Shown: piece by piece, positions 22,101 to 30,681 of the stretch | How the letters are laid out: the number at the start of each line of letters is the position of its first letter | Numbering within the stretch: position 1 is the stretch's first letter | Assembly (NCBI GenBank): GCA_000165345.1 | Contig: CM000435.1 | Span: forward strand, 160,001 to 224,000 | Direction: 5' to 3' | DNA: 64,000 bases | Made by a program: the position numbers and the translations under genes | The notes under the pieces: model-generated | What the model saw: the letters and a program-made list of their open reading frames with translations, nothing else | Database searches by the model: none | Told to the model about the DNA's origin: nothing

Positions 22101-23545
22101 CTCTTCTTATAAGAAAGAGGAACTACATTGAATATTTTTATCGTTTTATTTGATTTTCTATCATTTAAATCTACATTTTCATCAAATCCTTGATTCTTAC
22201 TTTCTTCTAACTTTCTTCCATATTTTTTCTTTATTTCAATTTCTTGCATAAACAAATCGTTTTCAATAAATAGTTTTCCCTTATTATCACACTCTGAACT
22301 GAAAGTAGCCATCTCACTTGCTAGTAACTTTTCAAATAATCTGTAATCTAAAGCTGAATCAATATAAAGGTTCATATTTTCAGGTAACCAGTACTTCTCA
22401 TAGTGTTCCTTAATTAGTTGCTTAAGTTCATGTAGCCAATCTTTTAGACTACTAGAAAGGTTAGCCTCTATTATATTGCTTTGAAATGAACAAGAGCTTG
22501 TTGAAAAAAAGTTTAGATACTTTTGCCAGTATGTAGAGAATATTCCACAATTGGAAAAGTAGTCTGAAACTAGATCTTCTTCAACTTTATCCGAAGATCC
22601 AAAACTACTACTCTCTTCTTCTTTGCTCTTCTTTGGATCAATAGCTCTCATACTAGTCTTTATAAAACTGATTCTATATTCCTCATCCCTTAAACAAGAC
22701 TTATAAATATAGTACAGTCTGCATAAAGAATTCAGTAAATTCTTTGTTGTAAGTGGTCTATTCTTGATATAAAACTCTCCATCATCATTTTTACTAGTAG
22801 AAGTCATGTTATCAACGTTTCCAGAATATCCAACAGAATTTATGAATCTTTTTAATGCTTCAATAGCTTTGTCATCTGAAACCGTTACTGTTAGTTTTGT
22901 ATATAAGCTTGAAACAGTTACACTCGTTAAACTATTATCTTTTTGTTTTTCAATATATTCTCCGGAGTTAAATAAATAATTGTCTACTTCAGAAGCCATA
23001 TTTAAGAATATAAAACCCATTAAATAAGTTAAACCTTGGTTATTAATTGGATCGATATTCGATCCAAAAGATAAATATATTGAGAATTCCGTTTTAATTC
23101 TCATAGGAGAATAGTTAATTAATGCAGTAACTCCTGTCTTACAATTTTGTAAAGCAATAAGCTTTTTTTTTGATCCAAGAGGATAATTTATTTCCAATTT
23201 CTTATATTTACCAAAAACAACATTATTTTTCCCATCGAGAGATTCCATAGTCTTAGTATCATTATTAATTGAGGAAGAATTCAATTGTACCTTTGCTATT
23301 TCAAATCCCTCCCAAGGCTCTCCAATAATAAATTTCAAGTTCTCAAGCTCTTGAGTTTTATTATCAAATTGCTTATTAATAAATCCTTCAATGGGAGAAT
23401 AGTACAAAGTCATTTTGTTAGTAAATTCATAATTTTTTGATAAGCATCTTCCAATCAAAGACAAACCCAGACAGATTGAAAGACAATTCAACAATTTTTT
23501 CCAACCACTTGAGCCATTTTGATTCATTCTATATGTCTTTGGCAT
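19181..23545 (-). CDS. Secreted insulinase-like (peptidase M16 fold) protein with a degenerate zinc-binding motif, 1454 aa
   Basis: Signal-peptide-like N-terminus (…KKLLNCLSICLGLSLIGRCLS). GSNIDPINNQGLTYLMGFIFLNMAS aligns to the M16 active-site region [25 protein letters not shown], with HxxEH replaced by YLMGF. Length and organisation fit the expanded apicomplexan insulinase-like families. Confidence 0.5.
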   Translation of the reverse strand: MPKTYRMNQNGSSGWKKLLNCLSICLGLSLIGRCLSKNYEFTNKMTLYYSPIEGFINKQFDNKTQELENLKFIIGEPWEGFEIAKVQLNSSSINNDTKTMESLDGKNNVVFGKYKKLEINYPLGSKKKLIALQNCKTGVTALINYSPMRIKTEFSIYLSFGSNIDPINNQGLTYLMGFIFLNMASEVDNYLFNSGEYIEKQKDNSLTSVTVSSLYTKLTVTVSDDKAIEALKRFINSVGYSGNVDNMTSTSKNDDGEFYIKNRPLTTKNLLNSLCRLYYIYKSCLRDEEYRISFIKTSMRAIDPKKSKEEESSSFGSSDKVEEDLVSDYFSNCGIFSTYWQKYLNFFSTSSCSFQSNIIEANLSSSLKDWLHELKQLIKEHYEKYWLPENMNLYIDSALDYRLFEKLLASEMATFSSECDNKGKLFIENDLFMQEIEIKKKYGRKLEESKNQGFDENVDLNDRKSNKTIKIFNVVPLSYKKSVLDIDYKIKLKNISQLVSISLTRVMDVVTTLFLDSKMVKRLRDELGIIRDLKLTWRLHYSSLKLRLIFRFILKSMEVSNARKVMEDFYSYSIFLFRQFERTNGRKKSNPEFKVSKELFDIVDEIQRLNEINWHLQYLYEDLPTQLTTPINNCGTPIQVSQPNNLESNWIKNEIRIYNPLLFKNYPQLILSSIHRSLTRLPKECDIMKRKKCNCYRTDHSGKISKANSILDTGSIVFVLMEFIIKKIVELKANVIFTDPYFRYRTDFVLKVRAYNYHEYVNLQFSSYYQKNNLLKEDFTDFTNSENWTLPERIVNFETSMLIPDYEYYKNSTAINRQLSYPRISYKNELSLTTRLENFKFYSPIVFVRSIIRTKLSPCKIFKDCFCEVDCISKRHTGLIMLKILSDIFNISIEKFLESEPIPGYMNILEKLSHNSSTKYGNWRISDSLTKPFHFGSIMIGNNEIELNFVGPSCSLIEYMRKIFKEMNSRFKPLKIVKFYQILRNFMKNEIKRRKNRTPMDFIRYYQGILQYEDYFEDESFITTGISITYDNYLSFHNYIIDTLFNKDSDRPRQKGFMETVVLGITSDEFNKRYTETILDWIYFEKPDSYKEICMLQEPYFAFSAGDEPLIIRQTFTDGILTTSSASIRFQLPCNKNSSTGFNSSLSDNDIFFKDEKEYKWETNDGLQPRCIFNTVASRVLERILRKYFSSIVRKLVLEMSQSHSNNTNLPPNLNSNFAVRGEVEVSFYRLNSIPQFTLYILSSHFDSFTLLSILNSSIKRFKTDIIDSEEVLSEEEFSSVKSYFIRYYCIKEKIQIRNLRASLLEMSKWRYNYNWKHESCNLIRTLKKKHIVQFYYDYFLMDSPYRRSYILLLQAPPFNRLISYSKQKGTSIDPVSTVFQNYIVSLLGKCDKADYYRQTNTTKDADWNISMLSYPRILQSDIGILDYKYKNIKKYQPRCSKFMLEAINTEKQN

Positions 23546-23950
23546 GTATTATTTACAAACTTAGCTTATTAAATTAAAAAAAAAGTTAAGGTTCTAATTA
23601 GTTTTAACCGACAGTTTCTGTGTCAAAAAATACAGACTATTCGGAAATTTTATTCCTTAATTTCAAGAAACTGTCAATTTTCATTAGAAATTAATTAATT
23701 AAATTTTATTATTTTTTTTAATTATTTTGAAAATTACGTGTGCAATATAATTTTTTTTTCAACCCCACATTGACAACTTTTTCATTTTGACACCGGTAAC
23801 TGCGTATATACCGGCATACATGCAAAAAAAGTATTAGTAAATTTGAATGAAAAAAAAAATAAATAAACAAATATAATAATTAAATGACGTGTAAAATTTT
23901 AGACTAGATTAAAAATAGAATTTGATTGTAGTTGTTTTAATTCAAAGATT

Positions 23951-25426
23951 TTAGTCTGCACAGCAGAAACCCTTGAATATATTGAAAATTGAATCATCAT
24001 GGCTATATCTTCTATTTAGTATTGAATTTGGGCCGTGTATCTGGTCAAATCTATAATTTGGATTTTGTTGATTCGGGACAAGTTTTACAACAAATCTTAA
24101 AGTTCCTCTTACTTGATTGGTTTGTGGATCAATCAAGCAAGCCTGTGAAGGAATTCCTATAGAGCTCATATCAATAGAAATGGAGCATACGCCAATAATA
24201 TCGGCTTTGAAGTCATTTTCCTCAAGGATTTTAAGTTTTAAAATTGGTTGAGACCATGAAAAAGGAATTGAAATTTCATCCTGAACAATACAATTAAGTT
24301 TAGAGTTGCTCATACTACTACTTGGAAAAGGACCAATTCTGTAAGTTTCATTCTTATCATCAATATTGTTAAAGCTAGCAACAATGGAGTAATCCATATT
24401 TGTGATAGAGCTATAGATTCCCATAGAATGATGATGGAAATTATTTGGTAAATCTTGGATGCATTCAATTCTAATTTGAGCTAATAGAGGGACTGAATTT
24501 AGGTAATGAGGATTCATCAAAGAGTTCATTTGGTTTGGATTAGAAGTATTGGTTGAAAAGAATGGTACGTTTGATAGATTATTAGACTGAAAATTAGTTT
24601 GGAGTGCGGTATTCTGTTGGGAAATGAAACTCTTTGTGTTCACGGAAGAGTATTGTTCATACTGTAAATAATCGTCTTTTGCTCTGGCACTTGGAAGAGG
24701 TTTTTCAGAGGGATAGACATTGGAATTATTAGTATTATTGGGATGAATGGTAATGGAAGAAGAATTTGTATTTAAGTTGAGATTCTCCTGAATTTTAGTG
24801 CTTTTGTTTCCAGTAATATGCAGATTTGACGAATTTCCTGTGATATTCTTAGCCAAGTTTTGAGTCTGAAAAGGCTGTTGACAAACCCCATTTAGTACAC
24901 TTCCATCTTTATATTCATATCCTGAGGTTCCACCTATAATAGGTATGTCACTCACTCCATTGGATGGAATAGTAGAAACTGACTTAACGCTGTTAGAGGG
25001 AATATTGAGCCTTTTAATCTGCATTCCTGAGCTTGTATTAGTCATGTAGTTAGTGTTTTCACTCTGTTGGAAAACTGGACCAACGGAATGAGATGATAGC
25101 ATATTATAGCCTCCAATAGAAATGTGCTGGCCAGAACTCATTGCTTCACTGAACATGGGAATGTTCTTTGTTTGAAAATATACTTGAGGTTGTTGAGTAG
25201 GAAATCCAGAGTAATAATTCTCAGAAAATCCACTATTTAAACCAAGTGATGCACTTCCACGATTATTCATGGCTCCAACACCAAATTTCTCTTCAGATTC
25301 CTCATTAATCATAAGACCAGATCTCAATGGACTTATCTCTGCTGTCTTAACAGTTTTGTATGTATTTTCATTCTGAGCCGAATGAATGATTCTATCATTT
25401 CCAAAATTCAACTCTTGTTTAATCAT
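23951..25426 (-). CDS. Hypothetical N/S/Q-rich low-complexity protein with a structured C-terminal ~150 aa, 491 aa
   Basis: Long ORF. N-terminal two-thirds are N/S/Q/T-rich. C-terminal region (…KLKILEENDFKADIIGVCSISIDMSS…RGTLRFVVKLVP…) is possibly a beta-sandwich (C2-like), but not confidently assigned. Confidence 0.45.
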   Translation of the reverse strand: MIKQELNFGNDRIIHSAQNENTYKTVKTAEISPLRSGLMINEESEEKFGVGAMNNRGSASLGLNSGFSENYYSGFPTQQPQVYFQTKNIPMFSEAMSSGQHISIGGYNMLSSHSVGPVFQQSENTNYMTNTSSGMQIKRLNIPSNSVKSVSTIPSNGVSDIPIIGGTSGYEYKDGSVLNGVCQQPFQTQNLAKNITGNSSNLHITGNKSTKIQENLNLNTNSSSITIHPNNTNNSNVYPSEKPLPSARAKDDYLQYEQYSSVNTKSFISQQNTALQTNFQSNNLSNVPFFSTNTSNPNQMNSLMNPHYLNSVPLLAQIRIECIQDLPNNFHHHSMGIYSSITNMDYSIVASFNNIDDKNETYRIGPFPSSSMSNSKLNCIVQDEISIPFSWSQPILKLKILEENDFKADIIGVCSISIDMSSIGIPSQACLIDPQTNQVRGTLRFVVKLVPNQQNPNYRFDQIHGPNSILNRRYSHDDSIFNIFKGFCCAD

Positions 25427-25706
25427 TCCACCTCCACCACTCAGAGTAATTTCTGAAGATAAACCCTAAAATTAAATTTCAAGTATTAGAACTTTCATTA
25501 ATACTTTCAGTGTGGTCAGGCTCAAACCAAGTTAGAATCGCAACTTGGCTCTTCCCTGACTGTCAAAACTTACATTTAATAAAGAACTCATCAATCAAAT
25601 AAAGCTTAAATCCTAAATCACACTTAATATTTCTATACCTATTTTTCAGTATTTTTCATGCCAAGCCTAATAATTAATTCTAATGTGAGCAATAATCACT
25701 CACAAT

Positions 25707-25720
25707 TTTGGCGCCAAAAT
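25707..25720. promoter_or_regulatory. E2F-like site TTTTGGCGCCAAAAT
   Basis: In the divergent spacer between the 23951..25426 (-) and 26667..27002 (+) genes. Confidence 0.45.
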
Positions 25721-26350
25721 TCACTAAATGTACTTTAAATGTGTATTTATATCAAGAGACAATTTTTATTTTAAAAATAGAAAGGGCACTTTTTTAGTTA
25801 ATAACTTTGGGGGTTAATAAAGTAGAATTCGAGAATTCGATTGGAAAAAATTTACAATGGTTGCTTGAGTATGGGAATGAAACTGAAAGCGAAAGCTAGA
25901 AATGAAAACTAGGAGCGAAGTTGAGAATGGGGAAGTCACTATAGAGTTACAAATCAATTTAAAGCAAGTGACATTATGTTGAAAACACAATGTTCAGGTT
26001 AAACAATGGATGGTAGAACTAGAATAGCGTGCTCAAATTGGTGTCTTTAAAGATTAGAGAAGGAATTGTTCAGTTTCATGATTTCAAGCCCAATAATATT
26101 TTCCAATAATGCACAAATGGATCTATTATTAGGCAAATGCTTTAATTGTGCCGCCATGCCCACTCACATACGTAATATACTAACTGAAATATCTATAAGC
26201 ATGGGTATTTATTGTCTTTATTCCAGTCATTTCCAAATATTAGCGACGCTTTCTCCAGCTTAATGAAGAATTTTTTTTTTTATTTGCTTTCCCCACTTTT
26301 TCGTATTTTCTTTTAAATCTTGCTCAAGTCAAAATGTATATTGAGCTGAA

Positions 26351-26370
26351 TTCCCGCCTTTGGGCGGGAA
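26351..26370. promoter_or_regulatory. Inverted-repeat E2F-like pair TTCCCGCC-TTTG-GGCGGGAA
   Basis: Two perfect 8-bp arms (TTCCCGCC / GGCGGGAA) flank a 4-bp centre, about 300 bp upstream of ATG 26667. Confidence 0.5.
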
Positions 26371-26666
26371 TATGGGGACATATATTTTCTCCCCTAATTA
26401 AGGTACCTCAAGTAAAGGTGAATTAAATAATAAACTGTGCATTGAACAATTGCATTTCAAGGTAAATGTCAATAATGTAAATATTAAAAAAATAAGTTAG
26501 AATATATGTAATATTGACAATGGCGGACTACTGACTAGTAATAATATAAAAATGTATAGTCTATGTTTAATTACAAGCAGGTAAATTTTTCCAGTTAAAA
26601 TATTATACTTTAATAAGTTCGACTAAAAAGTTATTTTTTTAAGTAATTTTTTTTATAAAACTAGAG

Positions 26667-27002
<336 letters not shown>

Positions 27003-27522
27003 ATTTATCAAAAGCATTCATAACTATGTTCTTTTATTCTTTCTCTATACAAATTTTAACATTTTTCTACTTTATTAAAAAGAGGTAATTAATAAAGATC
27101 CCTTATCTGGAGAAACTTCCTTGAAAAATAATGGGAGAAATATATTGTTTCGGTACATATCTCTTTGATTAGTCATTATTTGTCTAAATTCTAAATTTAC
27201 TTACAAAGTTCGGACTCGTGTAATCTATGATTTTTTCTTTTTTTCATAGCTTTGTCTGTTCTGAAGCTAATAATTAAATAAGATCTACATTTGAATGTAA
27301 ATCCGCAAGGGAAAGGCTTGAATCGCTCACTTTAAGCCTGAAAAAAAAAATCGCATTATATTATATATTTATCTCTCTAATTATTCCTTAAAATTACTAA
27401 TATATACTCTCATATAAAATTTAACTAAAGCCTTATTTAACTTAATTATACATTTTCCTATCAAAAAAAGATCGCAGGTAATATTTCTAAAATACGTGCA
27501 ATAAATATAAATGCAATTGACT

Positions 27523-27535
27523 TTGGCGCCAAAGT
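27523..27535. promoter_or_regulatory. E2F-like site TTTGGCGCCAAAG, about 145 bp upstream of ATG 27679
   Basis: TACGTGCA at 27494-27501 lies just upstream. Confidence 0.45.
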
Positions 27536-27678
27536 ACCGAATCTGGATATACATGTAAAAGTAAAGATTATTGTGTGGAAGAAGGAAAAAAAATCTTGAA
27601 TTGAGATTAGAACTAGTTTTAATACTATTTTGTTAACTTAATAAGATCTAAAGAGAGAGTTCTCGGAAATTTGAAGCA

Positions 27679-28503
27679 ATGAGTCAGGAAAAATGGTTTG
27701 TTTGCAAAGTGAAGGATTTTATGTCAAAAAGGAATACAAAAATTAACAATTTGGCAAACATATATTCTGATGATCAGAATGATTTGGAAGAATTCTTTGA
27801 ATTGCCAGAAAAAACAGGATCCTACGCTATATTTATGTGTTACAAGCTCTACTCATTATTTGATCCTGAAGATAAGGGATATATTTCTCTAAAATCCATC
27901 GAACAATGGGCAAAGATGCAATATAATTCTTTTTGTCAAGATAACAATTCAAGTATAGATGCAAAGGCTTTTGATATGTATAAAGGAAAAACTCAGAGAA
28001 TTTGCAACTCTATAGAAACCTATAAAAACAATTATATTTATTATTTAAAGCTTAAAGAAGAAGTTGAAAATTTAGAAGTTGATACTCAAGACATTCCAAT
28101 CACTATCAGTGAATTTATTACTTTTGTCTCACCATTGTTTGATAACGTTGAAGATTCGCATGCTAAAAAGCATAAATCTTTGTCAAATTGCTCAGCTCTA
28201 CACTTTTCTCATATTCAAGAAACAAACCTCTCACTCACCAACTATTTCGGAACTGTTACTAATAGTGATCCAATTGGAAAGTACATCCCATGTACTAGTA
28301 GTTCTTCATTATACTTAGAACCAAAATCTAAGAATGTTTCAAGAGGAAAATCTAGGCCTTTCAAGAACGATATTTTGTATATTTCTGACAGTAATTTATA
28401 CCACAGTAGTTTATGGAGTCCATGTATTAACCCAGCATCATCCTCATTACATGCTATGGCTAGAGAACTAAATAAGCTACAAGATTCCGACGACGTAAAT
28501 TAG
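27679..28503 (+). CDS. Hypothetical protein, 274 aa, with a weak EF-hand-like loop
   Basis: Clean ORF. LFDPEDKGYISLKSIEQW partially fits an EF-hand loop (D-x-E-x-K-G-x-I) but lacks the position-12 Glu. No confident assignment. Confidence 0.5.
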   Translation: MSQEKWFVCKVKDFMSKRNTKINNLANIYSDDQNDLEEFFELPEKTGSYAIFMCYKLYSLFDPEDKGYISLKSIEQWAKMQYNSFCQDNNSSIDAKAFDMYKGKTQRICNSIETYKNNYIYYLKLKEEVENLEVDTQDIPITISEFITFVSPLFDNVEDSHAKKHKSLSNCSALHFSHIQETNLSLTNYFGTVTNSDPIGKYIPCTSSSSLYLEPKSKNVSRGKSRPFKNDILYISDSNLYHSSLWSPCINPASSSLHAMARELNKLQDSDDVN

Positions 28504-28820
28504 TTATATTTAAACTCTTACAGACAATAATATGTTAATTATCAAAACACAGCATTACATGTGTTTACTGATAACAAGTACCAAAAATATGTATATAAAT
28601 ATATAAGTCCGAATCAAGCTATATGGATACACTACTCTAATTAGTTAAAATTTACATTAAATCTCGAAAAACCAACATTACTAAAAATATATCATAAAAT
28701 AAAAAGGTAATAATAGATGAATAGGTTTTTTTATATTGACCCTCAATTCTATTAATATACATTAATTTTACACTAATCTTGCTTAATTAATATTAAAAAT
28801 TAAATAGCTTCATTAATTGA

Positions 28821-28866
28821 TAAATAGTTAATTTATATATAATATTATATATAAATTAACTATTTA
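28821..28866. repeat. Perfect 46-bp AT-only palindrome TAAATAGTTAATTTATATATAATATTATATATAAATTAACTATTTA
   Basis: Verified base by base as self-reverse-complementary around the AATATT centre (28841-28846). Lies inside a ~180 bp tract of ~95% AT (about 28790-28966). Confidence 0.85.
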
Positions 28867-28968
28867 ATATATAGCCATTAATATATAATTATATTATATG
28901 TATATTACTTAAATATATATAATATATTTTATCACTATTATTAATATATATTTATGTATACAATTAAA

Positions 28969-28981
28969 TGGCGCCAAAAAA
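28969..28981. promoter_or_regulatory. E2F-like site ATGGCGCCAAAAA upstream of the PP2A catalytic subunit gene
   Basis: GC core at the edge of the extreme AT tract, about 255 bp upstream of ATG 29238. Confidence 0.45.
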
Positions 28982-29237
28982 TGCAAGAATATGTGGGATC
29001 CTGGAACAAGGACGGGAAACACAAGGTGCAAATTTTGATGAAGGCTTTTATTCCATGAAATGGAATAGAGGATCATTATTGAAAAGAAACTCTTATTAAA
29101 GTAAGGCAGGGAAGGCTGGATGCAGAAGTAGCAGTGAGCAAGAAACATCTCTCTGCAGAGTAAATATAAGGATATAGGGTTAGGTAGGGTATAAAGTTGG
29201 AGAAACCTAAATTTGAGAAAGGCAACTTTTTTCAAGA

Positions 29238-30185
29238 ATGCCAAAGGGCTTGGATGTATATCTGGACTCTTTAAAATTGGACAGAGAGATATCTACTTTG
29301 TTAGAATGCAAGACTCTTTCTGAAAATGAAGTAAAACAATTATGTGAATTAGCAAAAGATATTCTAGAAGAAGAACAAAATGTACAGCAAATTGGACTTC
29401 CACTAACTGTTGTGGGTGACATACATGGGCAATTCTTTGATCTTAAGGAAATTTTTAGGATTGGTGGGGTTCCTCCAGAAACCAATTTTTTGTTTCTTGG
29501 TGATTATGTCGATAGAGGTTATTATTCCGTTGAATCTGTGACTCTTATTGTAGCCCTGAAGGTTAGATATAGAAATAGAGTCTTCCTTATCAGAGGTAAT
29601 CATGAAAGTCGTCAAATTACACAGGTTTACGGATTTTATGACGAGTGTCTACGGAAATATGGAACTCCAAATGTATGGAGGTATTTTACTGATCTTTTTG
29701 ATTATCTTCCACTCTCAGCATTAATTGACAATAAGATTTTTTGCCCACATGCAGGTTTATCGCCGAGTCTCCCTAGCTTAGACTCTATTAAAAGCTTGGA
29801 TAGGATTCAGGAAGTTCCTCATGAAGGGCCAATGTGTGATCTTTTATGGTCAGACCCTGATGAACGTTATGGCTGGGGAGTATCTCACAGAGGTGCAGGA
29901 TATACTTTTGGGGAAGATGTGAGTGAAATGTTTAATCATACAAATAATTTACAATTAATCTGTAGAGCCCACCAGCTAATTCTGGATGGATATCAATGGT
30001 CTCATAATAAGAATGTTGTGACCGTTTTCTCAGCTCCTAATTACTGCTACAGGTGCGAAAACCAGGCGGCTATCTTAAGAATTGATGATTTGGGAAATTT
30101 TACATTTCTCCAATTTGACCATGCGCCTGAGAAGGTACTTCCGAGACAGGAAAACCAGCTTCCAGTTCCGGACTATTTTGTTTAA
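29238..30185 (+). CDS. PP2Ac: Serine/threonine protein phosphatase 2A catalytic subunit (PPP family), 315 aa
   Basis: [98 protein letters not shown] and C-terminal DYFV are near-identical in pattern to PP2A-C (..TPDYFL). Confidence 0.92.
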   Translation: MPKGLDVYLDSLKLDREISTLLECKTLSENEVKQLCELAKDILEEEQNVQQIGLPLTVVGDIHGQFFDLKEIFRIGGVPPETNFLFLGDYVDRGYYSVESVTLIVALKVRYRNRVFLIRGNHESRQITQVYGFYDECLRKYGTPNVWRYFTDLFDYLPLSALIDNKIFCPHAGLSPSLPSLDSIKSLDRIQEVPHEGPMCDLLWSDPDERYGWGVSHRGAGYTFGEDVSEMFNHTNNLQLICRAHQLILDGYQWSHNKNVVTVFSAPNYCYRCENQAAILRIDDLGNFTFLQFDHAPEKVLPRQENQLPVPDYFV

Positions 30186-30681
30186 TCAAATTTATTTTTT
30201 TTTCTTATTCCAACTACAATCTTTCTCAGATAATTCGCTTCTAATATTTATAAGTATTTTATATGGGTTGATTTCAAAACAATCCTATTGATTTTTCATT
30301 ACCTATTGTTGATAAATAAATCGGTACCAGATAACTTGTTTATATTAACTTGAAATTATATCATTAATTTTTTAATTTATTTCGAATATATCTATTTTTT
30401 TTTTTGTCTTTTTGATTTATTTTTCTCTTAAAATCCATGCATCGCCGGTATGTAAAACTATTTTTCCCAATGCATGCAGATTTAATGTGGACGATTACGT
30501 GTCAAAATTTTTGTTAATAATTATTGGAGAGAAGAACGAATGTGTATGTAATTCATCAATGGAAATAAAAATTATTTGATTAATGTAGAAAATGAAAGAG
30601 GGTATGAAATAGTGATTTAATAACTAAAATTAAGTTTATAAATGTTTAAATATAGTAGAACTTATAACATTATATAAATTA

